DNA from: the human T2T-CHM13v2.0 reference genome, Homo sapiens
Assembly: GCF_009914755.1 (NCBI RefSeq)
Contig: NC_060930.1
Reading direction: 5' to 3' (one strand)
DNA length: 64,000 nt
The notes beneath the pieces are model-generated. The model did no database searches, was not told where the DNA came from, and worked only from the letters and a program-made list of their open reading frames with translations. This document shows positions 48,975 to 64,000 of this stretch, one piece after another; position 1 is the stretch's first letter, and every line of letters starts with the position of its first letter. The translations under genes were made by a program, and so were the position numbers.

Positions 48975-51780
48975 TGCACCCAATATGGGAGCAACCAAAT
49001 ATACAAAGCAAATATTAACAAAACTGAAGGAAGAAATACACAGCAATGTAATAATAGCAAGAGACTCAATACTCCACTTTCACCAATAGATAGAATATCC
49101 AGACCGAAAACCAGTAAGTAAGCAATAGACTTGAACAATATGGATCAAATGGATTTGACAGACATATAGAGAACATTCCATCCAATAGCAGCAGAAAAGA
49201 CATCCTTTTCATGCACACACAGAACATTCCCCAGGATAGAATATACATTTGACCACAAACAAACCGTAGCATATTTAAGAAGACTGAAATCATATTGAGT
49301 ATCTTTTCTGACCACCATGTTATAACTAAAAATCGATAAGGTGATAATATTAGAAAATTCACAAAACAATACTCTCCTGAATAACCGATGAGTCAAAGAA
49401 ACAACTGAAAAGGAAATAAAATAATATACTGAGACAAACAAAATTGGAAACCAATATATAAAAGCTTATGGAATATTGCAAAAGCAGCTCTATGTGGAAG
49501 TTCATGGTGATAAATGCCTCTGTTAAGAAAAAAGAAAGATCTTAAACAACCTAATATCACACCTCAAGGAACTAAAAAAAAAGATGAACAAACTAAGTTG
49601 ACAGGTAGCAAAACTATGAAAATAATAACAATTAGAGTAGAAATAAAATTAAATAAAGACTAGAAAGACAATAGAAATGATCAAGAAATCATTGTTTGAA
49701 AAAATAAACAGAATAAACAAATCTTTAGTCTAAGAAAAAGATAAAGAGAACTCAAATAAATGAAAGCGCAGACATTACAATTGATACCACAGAAATAGAA
49801 AGGATCATTACAGACTACTGTAAATAATTATATGTCAACAAATTGGATAAGCTAAAATAAATGGATAACTGCCTACAAGATTGAATCATGAATAAATAGA
49901 AAATGTAAACAGATCAATAATAAGGAGATTGATGCAGTAATTAACAAAACTTCCGAAAAGAAAAGACCAGGAACAGATGGCTTCATAAGTGAATTCTAAT
50001 AAATATTTAAAGATGAATTAATATCAATCCTTCTCAAACTCTTTCAAAAAACTGAAGAAGAGAGAAAATTTCCAAATTCATTTTATTAGTCCAGCATTAC
50101 CATATACAAAAGCCAGTTAAAGACACTACAAGAAAATAAAATTATAAGCCAATGAACAAGGATGAACATAGCAAAAATTGTAAGGAAAATACTAGCAAGC
50201 CAAAGTCAACAGCACATTAAAATAATTATAACCAATTTATCATTGGCATGTAAGGATAGTTCAACATATGCAAAACAATAAATGTGATATGCCACATTAA
50301 TAGAATACAGAATAAAAACCACAAGATCATCTCATTAGATTCATAAAAAGCAATTCACAAAAATCAACCTCCTTTCATAATAAACACTTTCTCAGTAAAC
50401 TAGATATAGAAGGAAAGTACCTCAACATATTAAATGCTGCATATTACAAGCCCATAAATAAAATGCATCCAAACTGGAAAAGAAGTAAAATTATTTCTGT
50501 TAACAAGTAACATGGTCCTATATGTAGAAAACTGTAAGGACTACAACAAAAAACTATTGGAGTGAATAAATGAATTTAGCAAACTCTTAGGACACAAAAT
50601 TAACATATAAAATTTAATTGTTTCTATATATTAACTATAAACTATCTGAAAAAGAAATGAGGATAACAATTTCATTTATGATAGCATCAAAAAGAAAAAA
50701 AATACTGAGAAATAAATATAACCAAGGATGTGAAAGACCTACACCTAAAAACTAGAGCACATTGATGAAAAAAGTTAAGAGACATAAACACTTGAGAAGC
50801 TGTCACATGTTTTGGCATTGGAAGAATTAATAATGGGAAAGTGCCCATATTATGCAATCCCTATCAAAATTCCTATGGCATTTTTCACAGAAATAGAGAA
50901 AATAATTCTAAAATTCCTATAGAACTACAAAAGACTCCAAATAGTCAGTGCAATCTTAGTAAAGAAGAAAAAACAAAAGACATTGCAATTCCTGATTTCA
51001 AATTTAATTATAAAATTATAGTAATAAAAACAGTAAGGTACCAGAATAAAAACAGACACTCAGTCCAATGGAACAGACTGGATAGCCCAGAAGTAAACCC
51101 ATGCATACACAACTAACTAATCTTTGACAAGGACCCAAAGAATACACATTGGAAAAATGATAGTCTCTTCAATAAATGGTGTTGAAAACACTGGATATCC
51201 ATATGCAAAAAAAAAAAAAAGAAAAAAGAAACTGGATCCCTATTTTATACACACACAAAAAAATTAACTCAAAATGGATTAAAGACTTCAGTGTAAGACC
51301 TGAAACTGTAAAACCATAAAAATTCTTAGAAGAAAACATAAGGAAAAAGCTCCTGGACATATTGGTTTTGGAAATCATTTTCTTGGATATGACACCAAAA
51401 TCATGGGCAGCAAAAGCAAAAATAAATGAGCAGACTACATCAAACTAAAAAATCTTCTGTATGGAAAAGGAAACCATGAATAAAATAAAAAGGCAACCTA
51501 TGGAATGGGAGAGAATATTTTCAAACCATATATCTGATAAGGGTTAATGTCCAAGATATATAGGAAACTCTTCAAGTTGATAGCAAAAAAACAAATAACC
51601 CAATTAACAAATGGGAAAAGGAACTAAATAAACATATTTCAAAAGAAGCTAATGGGTTAACAGGTATATGAAAAAGTGCTCAAAATCACCAACAATCAAG
51701 GAAATGCAAATCAAAACCATAATGAGATATTGCCTCACGGTTAGTAGACTGTTAACAAAAAGATAAAAACAAAATAAGTG

Positions 51781-52846
51781 AGAAAGATTTCACAATCAAG
51801 ACACCAAAAGCAATTGCAACAAAAGCAAAAATTGACAAATGGGATCTAATTAAACTAAAGAGCTTCTGCACAGCAAAAGAAACTATCAACAGACTAAACA
51901 GACAATCTACAGAATGGGAGAAAAGTTTTGCAAACCATGCATCTAACAAAGGTCTAGTATGCAGTATCCACAAGGAACTTAAATTTATAAGAAAAAACAA
52001 ACAATCCCATTAAAAAGTGGGCAAACAATACGAACATACAAATTTCAAAAGAAGACATGCATGCAACCAACAAACATATTTAAAGGGCTCAATATCACAG
52101 ATCATTAGAGAAATGTAAGTCAAAACCACAATTAGATACCATCTCACATCAGTAAGAATGGCTATTTTTAAAAAGTCAAAAAATAACAGATGCTGGCAAA
52201 GTTGGGGAAAAAAGGAAGTGCTTATACACTGTTGGTGAGAGTGTAAATTAGTTCAACCATTGTGGAAAGCAGTGGCTATTCCTCAAAGAGCTAAAAACGG
52301 AAGTATTATTTGACCTAGCAATCCCATTACTGAGTATATACACAAAAAAATATAAATCATTCTACTATAAAGACACATGTACATGTATATGCATTGCAAC
52401 ACTATTCACAATAGCAAAGACATGGAATCAACCTAAATGCTCATCAGTGGCAGATTGGGTAAAGAAAATGTCATACATTTACACCATGGAATACTATACA
52501 GCCATAACAAAGAACAAGATCATGTCCATTGCAGGGACATGATGGAGCTGGAGGCTATTATCCTTAGCAAACTAATGCAGGAACAGAAAACCAAATACCA
52601 CGTGTTTAGTGGGAGCTAAATGATGAGAACACATGGACACAAAGTTGTGGAACAACAGACACTGGGGCTTACTTGAAGGTAGAGGGTGGGAAGAGGGAGA
52701 GAATCAGAAAAAAATAACTATTGGATACCAGGCTTTTTACCTGGGTGATGAAATAATCTATACAACAAATCTCCATGATATGAGTTTCTCTATATAACAA
52801 ACCTGTACATGTACCCTTAGACCAAAAGTAAACGGTTTTTTTTTAA
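51781..52846 (+). mobile_element. 5'-truncated L1PA13-L1PA15-like insertion nested in the L1MA
   Basis: Abrupt switch to L1PA-type sequence (gcaattgcaacaaaagcaaaaattgacaaatgggatctaattaaactaaagagc); 3' end aaaaataactattgg...acctgggtgatgaaataatc; TSD ataagtg at 51774-51780 and 52849-52855. Confidence 0.88.
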
Positions 52847-53547
52847 ATATAAGTGTTGGCAAGGTTGCGGAGAAAACACAACCCTTGGTGTCCAACTATA
52901 ATAAAAAACTGTATGCAAAATCCTCAGAAAATTAAAACTGAACAATATAATTAAGCAATCCCACTACTGAATATATATTCAAAGGAAATGAAATCAGTAT
53001 CTTAAAGAGATACCTGCACCTCCATGTTCATTACAGCAATATTTACAAGAGATGAAATATGGAAACAATCTAAATGGCTATCAACAAATAAATGGATAAG
53101 AAAAAAATGCATGTGGAATACAAACAGGCACACATGTACATACACACACAATAAAATATTAAATGTTTATTGTAAGCATTTTGCAACATATGCAAAGCAA
53201 TAAAAGAAAAAAGAAAGAAAGAAGTCCTGCTATTTGCAACATTGATGAACCTAGAGGACATCATGCTAAGTGAAAAAGCCAGGCACAGAAAGACAAATAC
53301 TGCATGATCTCACCTATACATGGAATCTAAAAAGTTGAATTCACAGAAGCAGAGAGGGAATGGTGGTTGATAGGGGCCAGCGGGTGAGGACATGGGGAGA
53401 TATTGGTCAAAAGGTGCAAACTTTCAGTTATAAGATGAATCATTTCCAGTAATCTATTATATGACATGGCGACTACAGTTTGTAATGCTGTATTGTGAAC
53501 GTGAAATTTGCTAAGACATTAGATCTTATTGTTCTCACCACACACAT

Positions 53548-53961
53548 TGTATTAGTCAGGGTTCTCTAGAGGGACAGAACTAATAGGATAGATGTATATA
53601 TAAAATTTATTAAGGAGTGTTAACTAACCTGATCACAAGTTCTCACAATAGGCCAATGGGCAAGCTGAGGAGCAAGGAAGCCAGTCTGAATCCCAAAGCT
53701 GAAGAACTTGAAGTCTGATGTTCAAGGGCAGGAAGCATCCAGCATGGGAGAAAGATGTAGGCTTTTCTTCTGTCTGCTTTTGTTCTAGCCTTGCTGGAAG
53801 CTGATTAGATTGTGCTCACCCAGATTGAGGGTGAGTCTGCCTTTCCCAGTGCACTGACTCAAATGTTAAGCTTCTTTGGCAACACCATCACAGACACAAC
53901 CAGGAACAACACTTTGCATCCTTCAATCCAATCAAGTTGGCACTCAGTATTAATCATCACA
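53548..53961 (-). mobile_element. MLT2A (HERV-L) solo LTR nested in the L1MA 3'UTR
   Basis: tgtattagtcagggttctctagagggacagaac...ccttcaatccaatcaagttg...catcaca; 5-bp TSD CACAT at 53543-53547 and 53962-53966. Confidence 0.93.
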
Positions 53962-56194
53962 CACATACTTATGTGATGTGATTGATATGTTAATTACCTT
54001 GAGTTGGGTAACATTTCACAATGTGTTTGCATATTAAAATATTACATTGTACACCTTAACTGTATAAAATTTATATTTGTCAATTAAATCTCAATAGAAA
54101 AAAGAAAATTGTGCTTTATTTGCAGCATTTCTTGAATTTCAACAATATTGAATTAGTTTACCAATTTAAGTTATGTGATAATACGTGATGAAATATATTC
54201 TAACTACTTCAGTATGTTCATTGCTGAAACAGGTATACAAAGGTTTACACCAGAATAAAAACCGTGTGAATTTCAAACTGGAACTTAAGTGAGATCAATG
54301 ACATTACCCATTGCCGCTTAGGGAACACTATTCAGCTTTAATTAAATATTCCTTGGAAACGCATGTTCACTGATGTCTACAAAAATTAGAGATTTATTTT
54401 GGAGGAAACATTATATATGTTAGAGCTAAAATCCATTTAGAAAATATTACATCTTTTGAAATCATAGGTAATTATAAATATTGTACAATTTATTTGACAG
54501 ATATTTATTTAGCTATGTTGATTCTTAATTAGATATGCATGAAGTATTAAATCTGTGAGGATATTTGTGTTTGTGTGTATGTTGGCATTGTGAGAATATT
54601 GGTCTGTTTCCTTGTTTATTATTGGAGAAATTATCCAGAGAATCCTCTGGTATATTTGCCACCAGTGACAATTAGAATGAATAAAACATAAGAATTCAGG
54701 TCTGCTGTTTTCAAAGTTTTTAAGCAACTCAAGACATTTCTAATTTATTCATGTATTTTGTTTTAATTTAATTTATATTTATTTAGTATGTATTAGAAGA
54801 AAAAAGTGTCAGAAGTCTCAGAAGCTGTTTTTTCCCTGGAATATTTTAGGAGTCTATCATTAGCCTAAGAGCTGAAGACTTAATGGAATGGGCATGTGGA
54901 AACTGTCTTGAACTCTCTCTAACTTTTTGCTAACTTCCTTTACTTTTGCTTCTTTAAACTATCTGCTGCTCTTTTCACCCATTTCAGTACTAAATTTTGT
55001 ATCATTTTGACTCTGCCTTGATAATAAGCATTATCAGTCTTCCATTATCCCATTCATTTTTTGCCTTTTGGTAAAAACCTTAAAATTGTAACTTTCATTT
55101 ATCTATGATCATAATTTTCTACCCTGAAGAAAATACAGGCATTTCAGATATAGAAAGATGGCTAGACCAGCCTAAATTACGTTTTCACAACTGCGAGAAC
55201 TGTCTTTTCAAAGCACCTCATACACTTATTCAGGCTCTCATTTACCAAATATTTCATACCAAATGCAGGTGGCTGGGCTTAAGTTGATCTCAGTTTTAGA
55301 ATAGAATATTGTATTGGGATAAATAAATCAGCCCATTTAGCAATCATGCTCTAATTGAGTTAGCTTACTTAGCCTAGCTGTAAAACACTAAAACATAAAT
55401 AAACATAAATGTCTAATGATTTTGACATTTTTAGAGTTTTTTTGGTTATGTTCAGGTGCTTATTTGACATTATAGAATGTATCAGCAGGGACCAAATTGC
55501 AAAATCAAAAGTAACCACATTTCTCACTTCAACTGTAATTCCTCCTTACTCTTAGTCACACTAATTCCCCATTTAAGGATAAATTCAACACCCATGATTA
55601 AAAAAATTTAAAGGTGGTGTCTTAACTAAGGACTATCTCTCGCCCCAAAATAAGTAAAAATAAATTACTCATTTACATATTTTATTTATATTTGACCAGA
55701 TCAGAAGACTAGCACTTAGTACCTGAATATGAAATGTATGAAACATATGAAATATATGTTGGCAAAGTCATCCAATAAATTAAAATTTAGACTGTTAAAT
55801 ATCTCCTTGGCTTTTTAAATTTTAGTTTGTGTTCCTGTTCATTTCAACCCCTTCACAAGTGCAGAGCTCATTGGCAATAGTAACAGGAAAAACATGATTA
55901 ATCTATTTTTTTTGAGTGTTGGTTCTCTTTTGAGTTCAGAGCCAATCATTTACAGAGTAGGGAATAATGGCATATTTTTCAGTAGCCATGGAAACTGGTA
56001 TGTCGCACATTACATACAAAATAAAATTTCAAGAATGCTAAGTTCCCAAATTTGTAGCTCAGTGATTTTTGACAGCTAAATATGGTTAGAGAATTTTTTC
56101 TCTTAAATGTGGGAATCTCAATATAAAAAAAAAAAGAAAGATGTAATCAAAAGTTGAAAAGCGATTTGTGGATGCGAGAGACCATAGGCAATAT

Positions 56195-56390
56195 GTCTAA
56201 ATCTGTAATTAACTTATATGGGAACCTCACCTAGTTACTCAAATTTTAAGTTTTTTGTGTTTCCCATGTGGACCACATTATTTGCCTCCCTTGCTGGAAC
56301 CTCATGAAGCTTAATTAATGATTGTGAACCACTTTGACTTCCACAGCTAGAGGATGTTAGAGAAATGCAAATTATTATTGTTATTTATTA
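56195..56390 (+). mobile_element. MIR/MIR3-like relic
   Basis: ctgtaattaact...agttactc...tgtgaaccactttga...aaatgcaaattattatt. Confidence 0.4.
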
Positions 56391-57156
56391 TTTATTGTTT
56401 TCTATCCAAACTTAGTTCCAGTATCGGCAGGCATACTCCTTGAACTATAGAGGCAAATTAATAATAAATTCAGTGTTAATCCCTTAGCAACTACCAGAAT
56501 ATCCTCAACAAGAACCAGTTAAATATTGGTCTATAAAAATATTTTCATTTTATACTTCTATTAAAAAATCAACAGTTAAAAGTTTTAAAACTTGCCATAA
56601 AGCTAATAATTTTATTTCCATTAACTGGCTCTACTTTGAATTACTGAGGATTTTCATTGCATGCAGCATTTTTACTCGGTTGAGACAACACCATTTTGAA
56701 CTGGTAATGTGTCTCTGCTTAATGTTTTCCTACAATTGGTAGTTTTAGTTTTCTTTCAATTAAAAAAATACTGATCAACTTTGTTCAATTCACAAAAATC
56801 AAATTTGAAAAGATTATTACATTAAGCTGGGCTAAAACCTTTTGGGTTTTTATTTCTAAAAAGATGTTGATCTTTTTTTTAAGGTTGTTTCCCTTTCATA
56901 GTGTTTATAATCACCATATAACCTGAATTATATATATATATTTTTATTATTATTATACTTTAAGTTTTAGGGTACATGTGCACAATGTGCAGGTTAGTTA
57001 CATATGTATACATGTGCCATGCTGGTGCGGTGCACCCACTAACTCATCATCTAACATTGGGTTTATCTCCCAATGCTATCCCTCCCCCCTCCCCCCACCC
57101 CACAACAGTCCCCAGAGTGTCATGTTCCCCTTCCTGTGTCCATGTGTTCTCATCGT

Positions 57157-60981
<3,825 letters not shown>

Positions 60982-61044
60982 TATGATGTTAGCTGGTTAT
61001 TGTGCTCATTAGTTGATGCAGTTTCTTCCTAGTCTCGATGGTGT

Positions 61045-62060
61045 TTACATTTTGGCATGATTTTGCAGTGGCTGGTACCAGTTGTTCCTTTCCATGTTTA
61101 GTGCTTCCTTTAGGAGCTCTTTTAGGGCAGGCCTGGTGGTGACAAAATCTCTCAGCATTTGCTTGTCTGTAAAGTATTTTATTTCTCCTTCACTTATGAA
61201 GCTTAGTTTGGCTGGATATGAAATTCTGGGTTGAAAATTATTTTCTTTAAGAATGTTGAATATTGGCCCCCACTCTCTTCTGGCTTGTAGAGTTTCTGCC
61301 GAGAGATCCGCTGTTAGTCTGATGGGCTTCCCTTTGTGGGTAACCCAACCTTTCTCTCTGGCTGCCCTTAACATTTTTTCCTTCATTTCAACTTTGGTGA
61401 ATCTGACAATTATGTGTCTTGGAGTTGCTCTTCTCGAGGAATATCTTTGTGGCGTTCTCTGTATTTCCTGACTCTGAATGTTGGCCTGCCTTGCTAGATT
61501 GGGGAAGTTCTCCTGGATAATATCCTGCAGAGTATTTTCCATCTTGGTTCCATTCTCCCCGTCACTTTCAGGTACACCAATCAGATGTAGATTTGGTCTT
61601 TTCACATAGTCCCATATTTCTTGGAGGCTTTGCTCATTTCTTTTTATTCTTTTTTCTCTAAACTTCCCTTCTTGCTTCATTTCATTCATTTCATCTTCCA
61701 TCGCTGATACCCTTTCTTCCAGTTGATCGCATCGGCTCCTGAGGCTTCTGCATTCTTCACGTAGTTCTCGAGCCTTGGCTTTCAGCTCCATCAGCTCCTT
61801 TAAGGACTTCTCTGTATTGGTTATTCTAGTTATCATTCATCTAAATTTTTTTCAAAGTTCTCAACTTCTTTGCCTTTAGTTTGAATTTCCTCCTGTAGCT
61901 TGGAGTAGTTTGATCATCTGAAGACTTCTTCTCTCAGTTCATCAAAGTCATTCTCCGTCCAGCTTTGTTCCATTGCTGGTGAGGAACTGCGTTCCTTTGG
62001 AAGAGGAAAGGCTCTCTGCTTTTTAGAGTTTCCAGTTTTTCTGCTCTGTTTTTTCCCCAT
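61045..62060 (-). pseudogene. L1 ORF1p (coiled coil, RRM, CTD), frameshifted near 61840
   Basis: ATG at 62060-62058; 263-aa C-terminal part open (61045-61836: ...SLQEIWDYVKRPNL...ARREWGPIF...YQPLQNHAKM). Confidence 0.93.
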
Positions 62061-63094
62061 CTTTGTGGTTTTTTCTACTTTTGGTCTTTGATGATGGTGA
62101 TGTACAGATGGGTTTTTGGTGTGGATGTCCTTTCGGTTTGTTAGTTTTCCTTCTAAGAGACAGGACCCTCAGCTGCAGGTCTGTTGGAGATTGCTAGAGG
62201 TCTACTCCAGACCCTGTTTGCCTGGCTATCAGCAGCGATGGCTGCAGAACAGCAGTTTTTCATGAACTGTGAATGCTGCTGTCTGATCGTTCCTCTGGAA
62301 GTTTTGTCTCAGAGTAGCACCCGGCCGTGTGAGGTGTTAGTCTGCCCCTACTGAGGGATGCCTCCCAGTTAGGCTGCTCGGGGGTCAGGGGTCAGGGACC
62401 CACTTGAGGAGGCAGTCTGCCCGTCCTCAGATCTCCAGCTGCGTGCTGGGAGAACCACTGCTCTCTTCAAAGCTGTCAGACAGGGACATTTAAGTCTGCA
62501 GAGGTTACTGCTGTCTGTTTGTTTGTCTGTGCCCTGCCCCCAGAGGTGGAGCCTACAGAGGCAGGCAGGCCTCCTTGAGCTGTGGTGGGCTCCACCCAGT
62601 TCGAGCTTCCCAGCTGCTTTGTTTACCTAAGCAAGCCTGGGCAATGGCGGGCACCCCTCCCCCAGCCTCACTGCCACCTTGCAGTTTGATCTCAGACTGC
62701 TGTGCTAGCAATCAGCGAGACTCTGTGGGCGTAGGACCCTCCGAGCCAGGTGCGGAATATAATCTCCTGATGCGCTGTTTTTTAAGCCCGTCGGAAAAGC
62801 GCAGTATTCGGGTGGGAGTGACCCGATTTTCCAGGTGCTGTCTGTCACCCCTTTCTTTGACTAGGAAAGGGAACTCCCTGACCCCTTGCACTTCCTGAGT
62901 GAGGCAGTGCCTCACCCTGCTTTGGCTTGCGCTCGGTGCGCTGCACCCACTGACCTGTGCCCACTGTCTGGCACTCCCTAGTGAGATGAACCCGGTACCT
63001 CAGATGGAAATGCAGAAATCACCCGTCTTCTGCATCACTCAAGCTGGGAGCTGTAGACCGGAGTTGTTCCTATTCAGCCATCTTGGCTCCTCCC
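62061..63094. promoter_or_regulatory. L1PA3 5'UTR: internal sense promoter (firing on minus) and antisense promoter (firing on plus)
   Basis: Complete 5'UTR and the most CpG-rich part of the window; YY1-type motif at 63076-63087. Confidence 0.8.
62644..62898 (+). CDS. ORF0: L1 antisense ORF0, open, 84 aa
   Basis: gcaATGG strong Kozak context; MAGTPPPASLPPCSLISDCCASNQRDSVGVGPSEPGAEYNLLMRCFLSPSEKRSIRVGVTRFSRCCLSPLSLTRKGNSLTPCTS matches the primate L1 ORF0 N-terminus. Expression not shown. Confidence 0.8.
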   Translation: MAGTPPPASLPPCSLISDCCASNQRDSVGVGPSEPGAEYNLLMRCFLSPSEKRSIRVGVTRFSRCCLSPLSLTRKGNSLTPCTS

Positions 63095-63844
63095 TACCTG
63101 AATTATATTTTGTAAATTTTGAATAAAAATGGCAGATACACTTATATTGAATATATACTAAGAGATTCCTTTCAAAAATATAGTTACTTTTTTATAGAAA
63201 ATGATAGTAAAGTGGAAAAATTAAGGCTACGTAAATGGAGTAGAGAAAATGCTTCCTTAACAGAATAAACATTCTTCCTCATGAGAAGAAAACAATGTAC
63301 ATTTTTCTTTTCCTCACATACTATTGTCTCCATATGAATTAACACAAAATAATAACCAAAATGTTATTTGTATAAATGTCATAATGCAGTATTGATGCAT
63401 TTAATTATTTGTAGTTTGTATTCCAAGGCAGGTAGTTTCTTGACATACATATTGTACATCTAGTACCTTCATCACTATATATACATTTCATCTATCTCAA
63501 ACATGTATTCAAATGCTATATTTATTTTTGTTTTCTTCATATATATTTGTAAGGGATATTTATTTTATCAGCTTTAAAGCAACATTTTACAAAAATTTTA
63601 AAGTATAAATTGTATACATTCAGTTCATAGGTCAAAAAACCTGCAAAATTGGTATGAAAGAAATATTAATGTGTATATCAATGCTATAAAATGCTCTGTA
63701 CATTATAAGTTTTCTCATAGTGATAATTTATCATCCATTCTTCTGATACAATAATAGAAATCACAGGAAAATACGATACTGGAAAAAGAACAAGAAAGCC
63801 AACTTTAATTTATTCTTTCATTTTTCAAATATGATGAACAACTT

Positions 63845-63946
63845 ATAGTGTGTAAGAAACTATCCTAAACTATGATTTGATTGTTCTGGATGGGGCCTCT
63901 GCATCATTTTTTTTTCCAAAGCTGCAGGTAATTCTTATGGCAGCCG
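63845..63946. mobile_element. MER5A/B-like fragment
   Basis: tgatttgattgttctggatggggcc...ttttccaaagctgcaggtaattctt..gcagcc. Confidence 0.5.
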
Positions 63947-64000
63947 GTATATACTAAAGACAGATATTACACAGATAAAATGCTCCAAAGATTTTGGAGC

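Larger units (their letters stand above)
45716..54100 (+). mobile_element. Near-full-length ancient LINE-1 (L1MA8/L1MA9-like) with 5'UTR, decayed ORF1/ORF2, nested insertions and templated insertions
   Basis: 5' ggggtcagcaagatggc; GC-richer UTR to ~46700; ORF1 relic (MAEHFPNLARDTDIQIHEVQR, 47467-); ORF2 relic ~48500-53300; 3' end gaaatttgctaaga..agatctta.tgttctcaccacacaca...tttgtcaatta..tctcaata. Confidence 0.9.

Noticed and set aside
57080-57101. C-rich tract (G-quadruplex on the minus strand)
   Set aside because: Standard L1PA 3'UTR polypurine tract
63905-63932. ttttttttccaaAG-ctgcag-GTAATT as a 6-nt micro-exon downstream of the L1 antisense promoter
   Set aside because: Explained by MER5-like sequence; the AAG acceptor is weak

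Overview
This is AT-rich, non-coding primate genomic DNA, either intergenic or deep intronic. A full-length L1PA3-type LINE points to a hominoid genome. I found no host protein-coding exon, RNA gene or CRISPR array. Every ORF that resembles a known protein comes from LINE-1. Three L1s retain their 5' ends: (1) an older L1PA (1-4517, minus strand) with a ~1.6-kb ORF2 deletion; (2) a near-full-length ancient L1MA8/9-like element (~45716-54100, plus strand) carrying a nested L1PA13-15 fragment and an MLT2A LTR; (3) a full-length L1PA3 (56941-63094, minus strand) with TSDs, broken ORF1/ORF2, the retained 129-bp ZNF93-target segment and an open 84-aa antisense ORF0. The rest is four Alus, ERV1/ERVL/MaLR solo LTRs, MIR/L2 relics, hAT MITEs and microsatellites. 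The most unusual structure is inside the ancient L1MA: three same-orientation, locally templated insertions of 147, ~156 and 48 bp. Each is ~88% identical to a donor 1.4-5 kb away, and the third copies the junction created by the second. This reads as a fossil chain of template-switch repair. Secondary leads are recursive-splice-like AG|GT motifs, candidate non-coding exons on both strands, a ~140-codon stretch open on both strands, and a perfect 38-bp tandem duplication. Repeat subfamily names come from remembered consensus features and need RepeatMasker/Dfam confirmation. I see no convincing new gene system.
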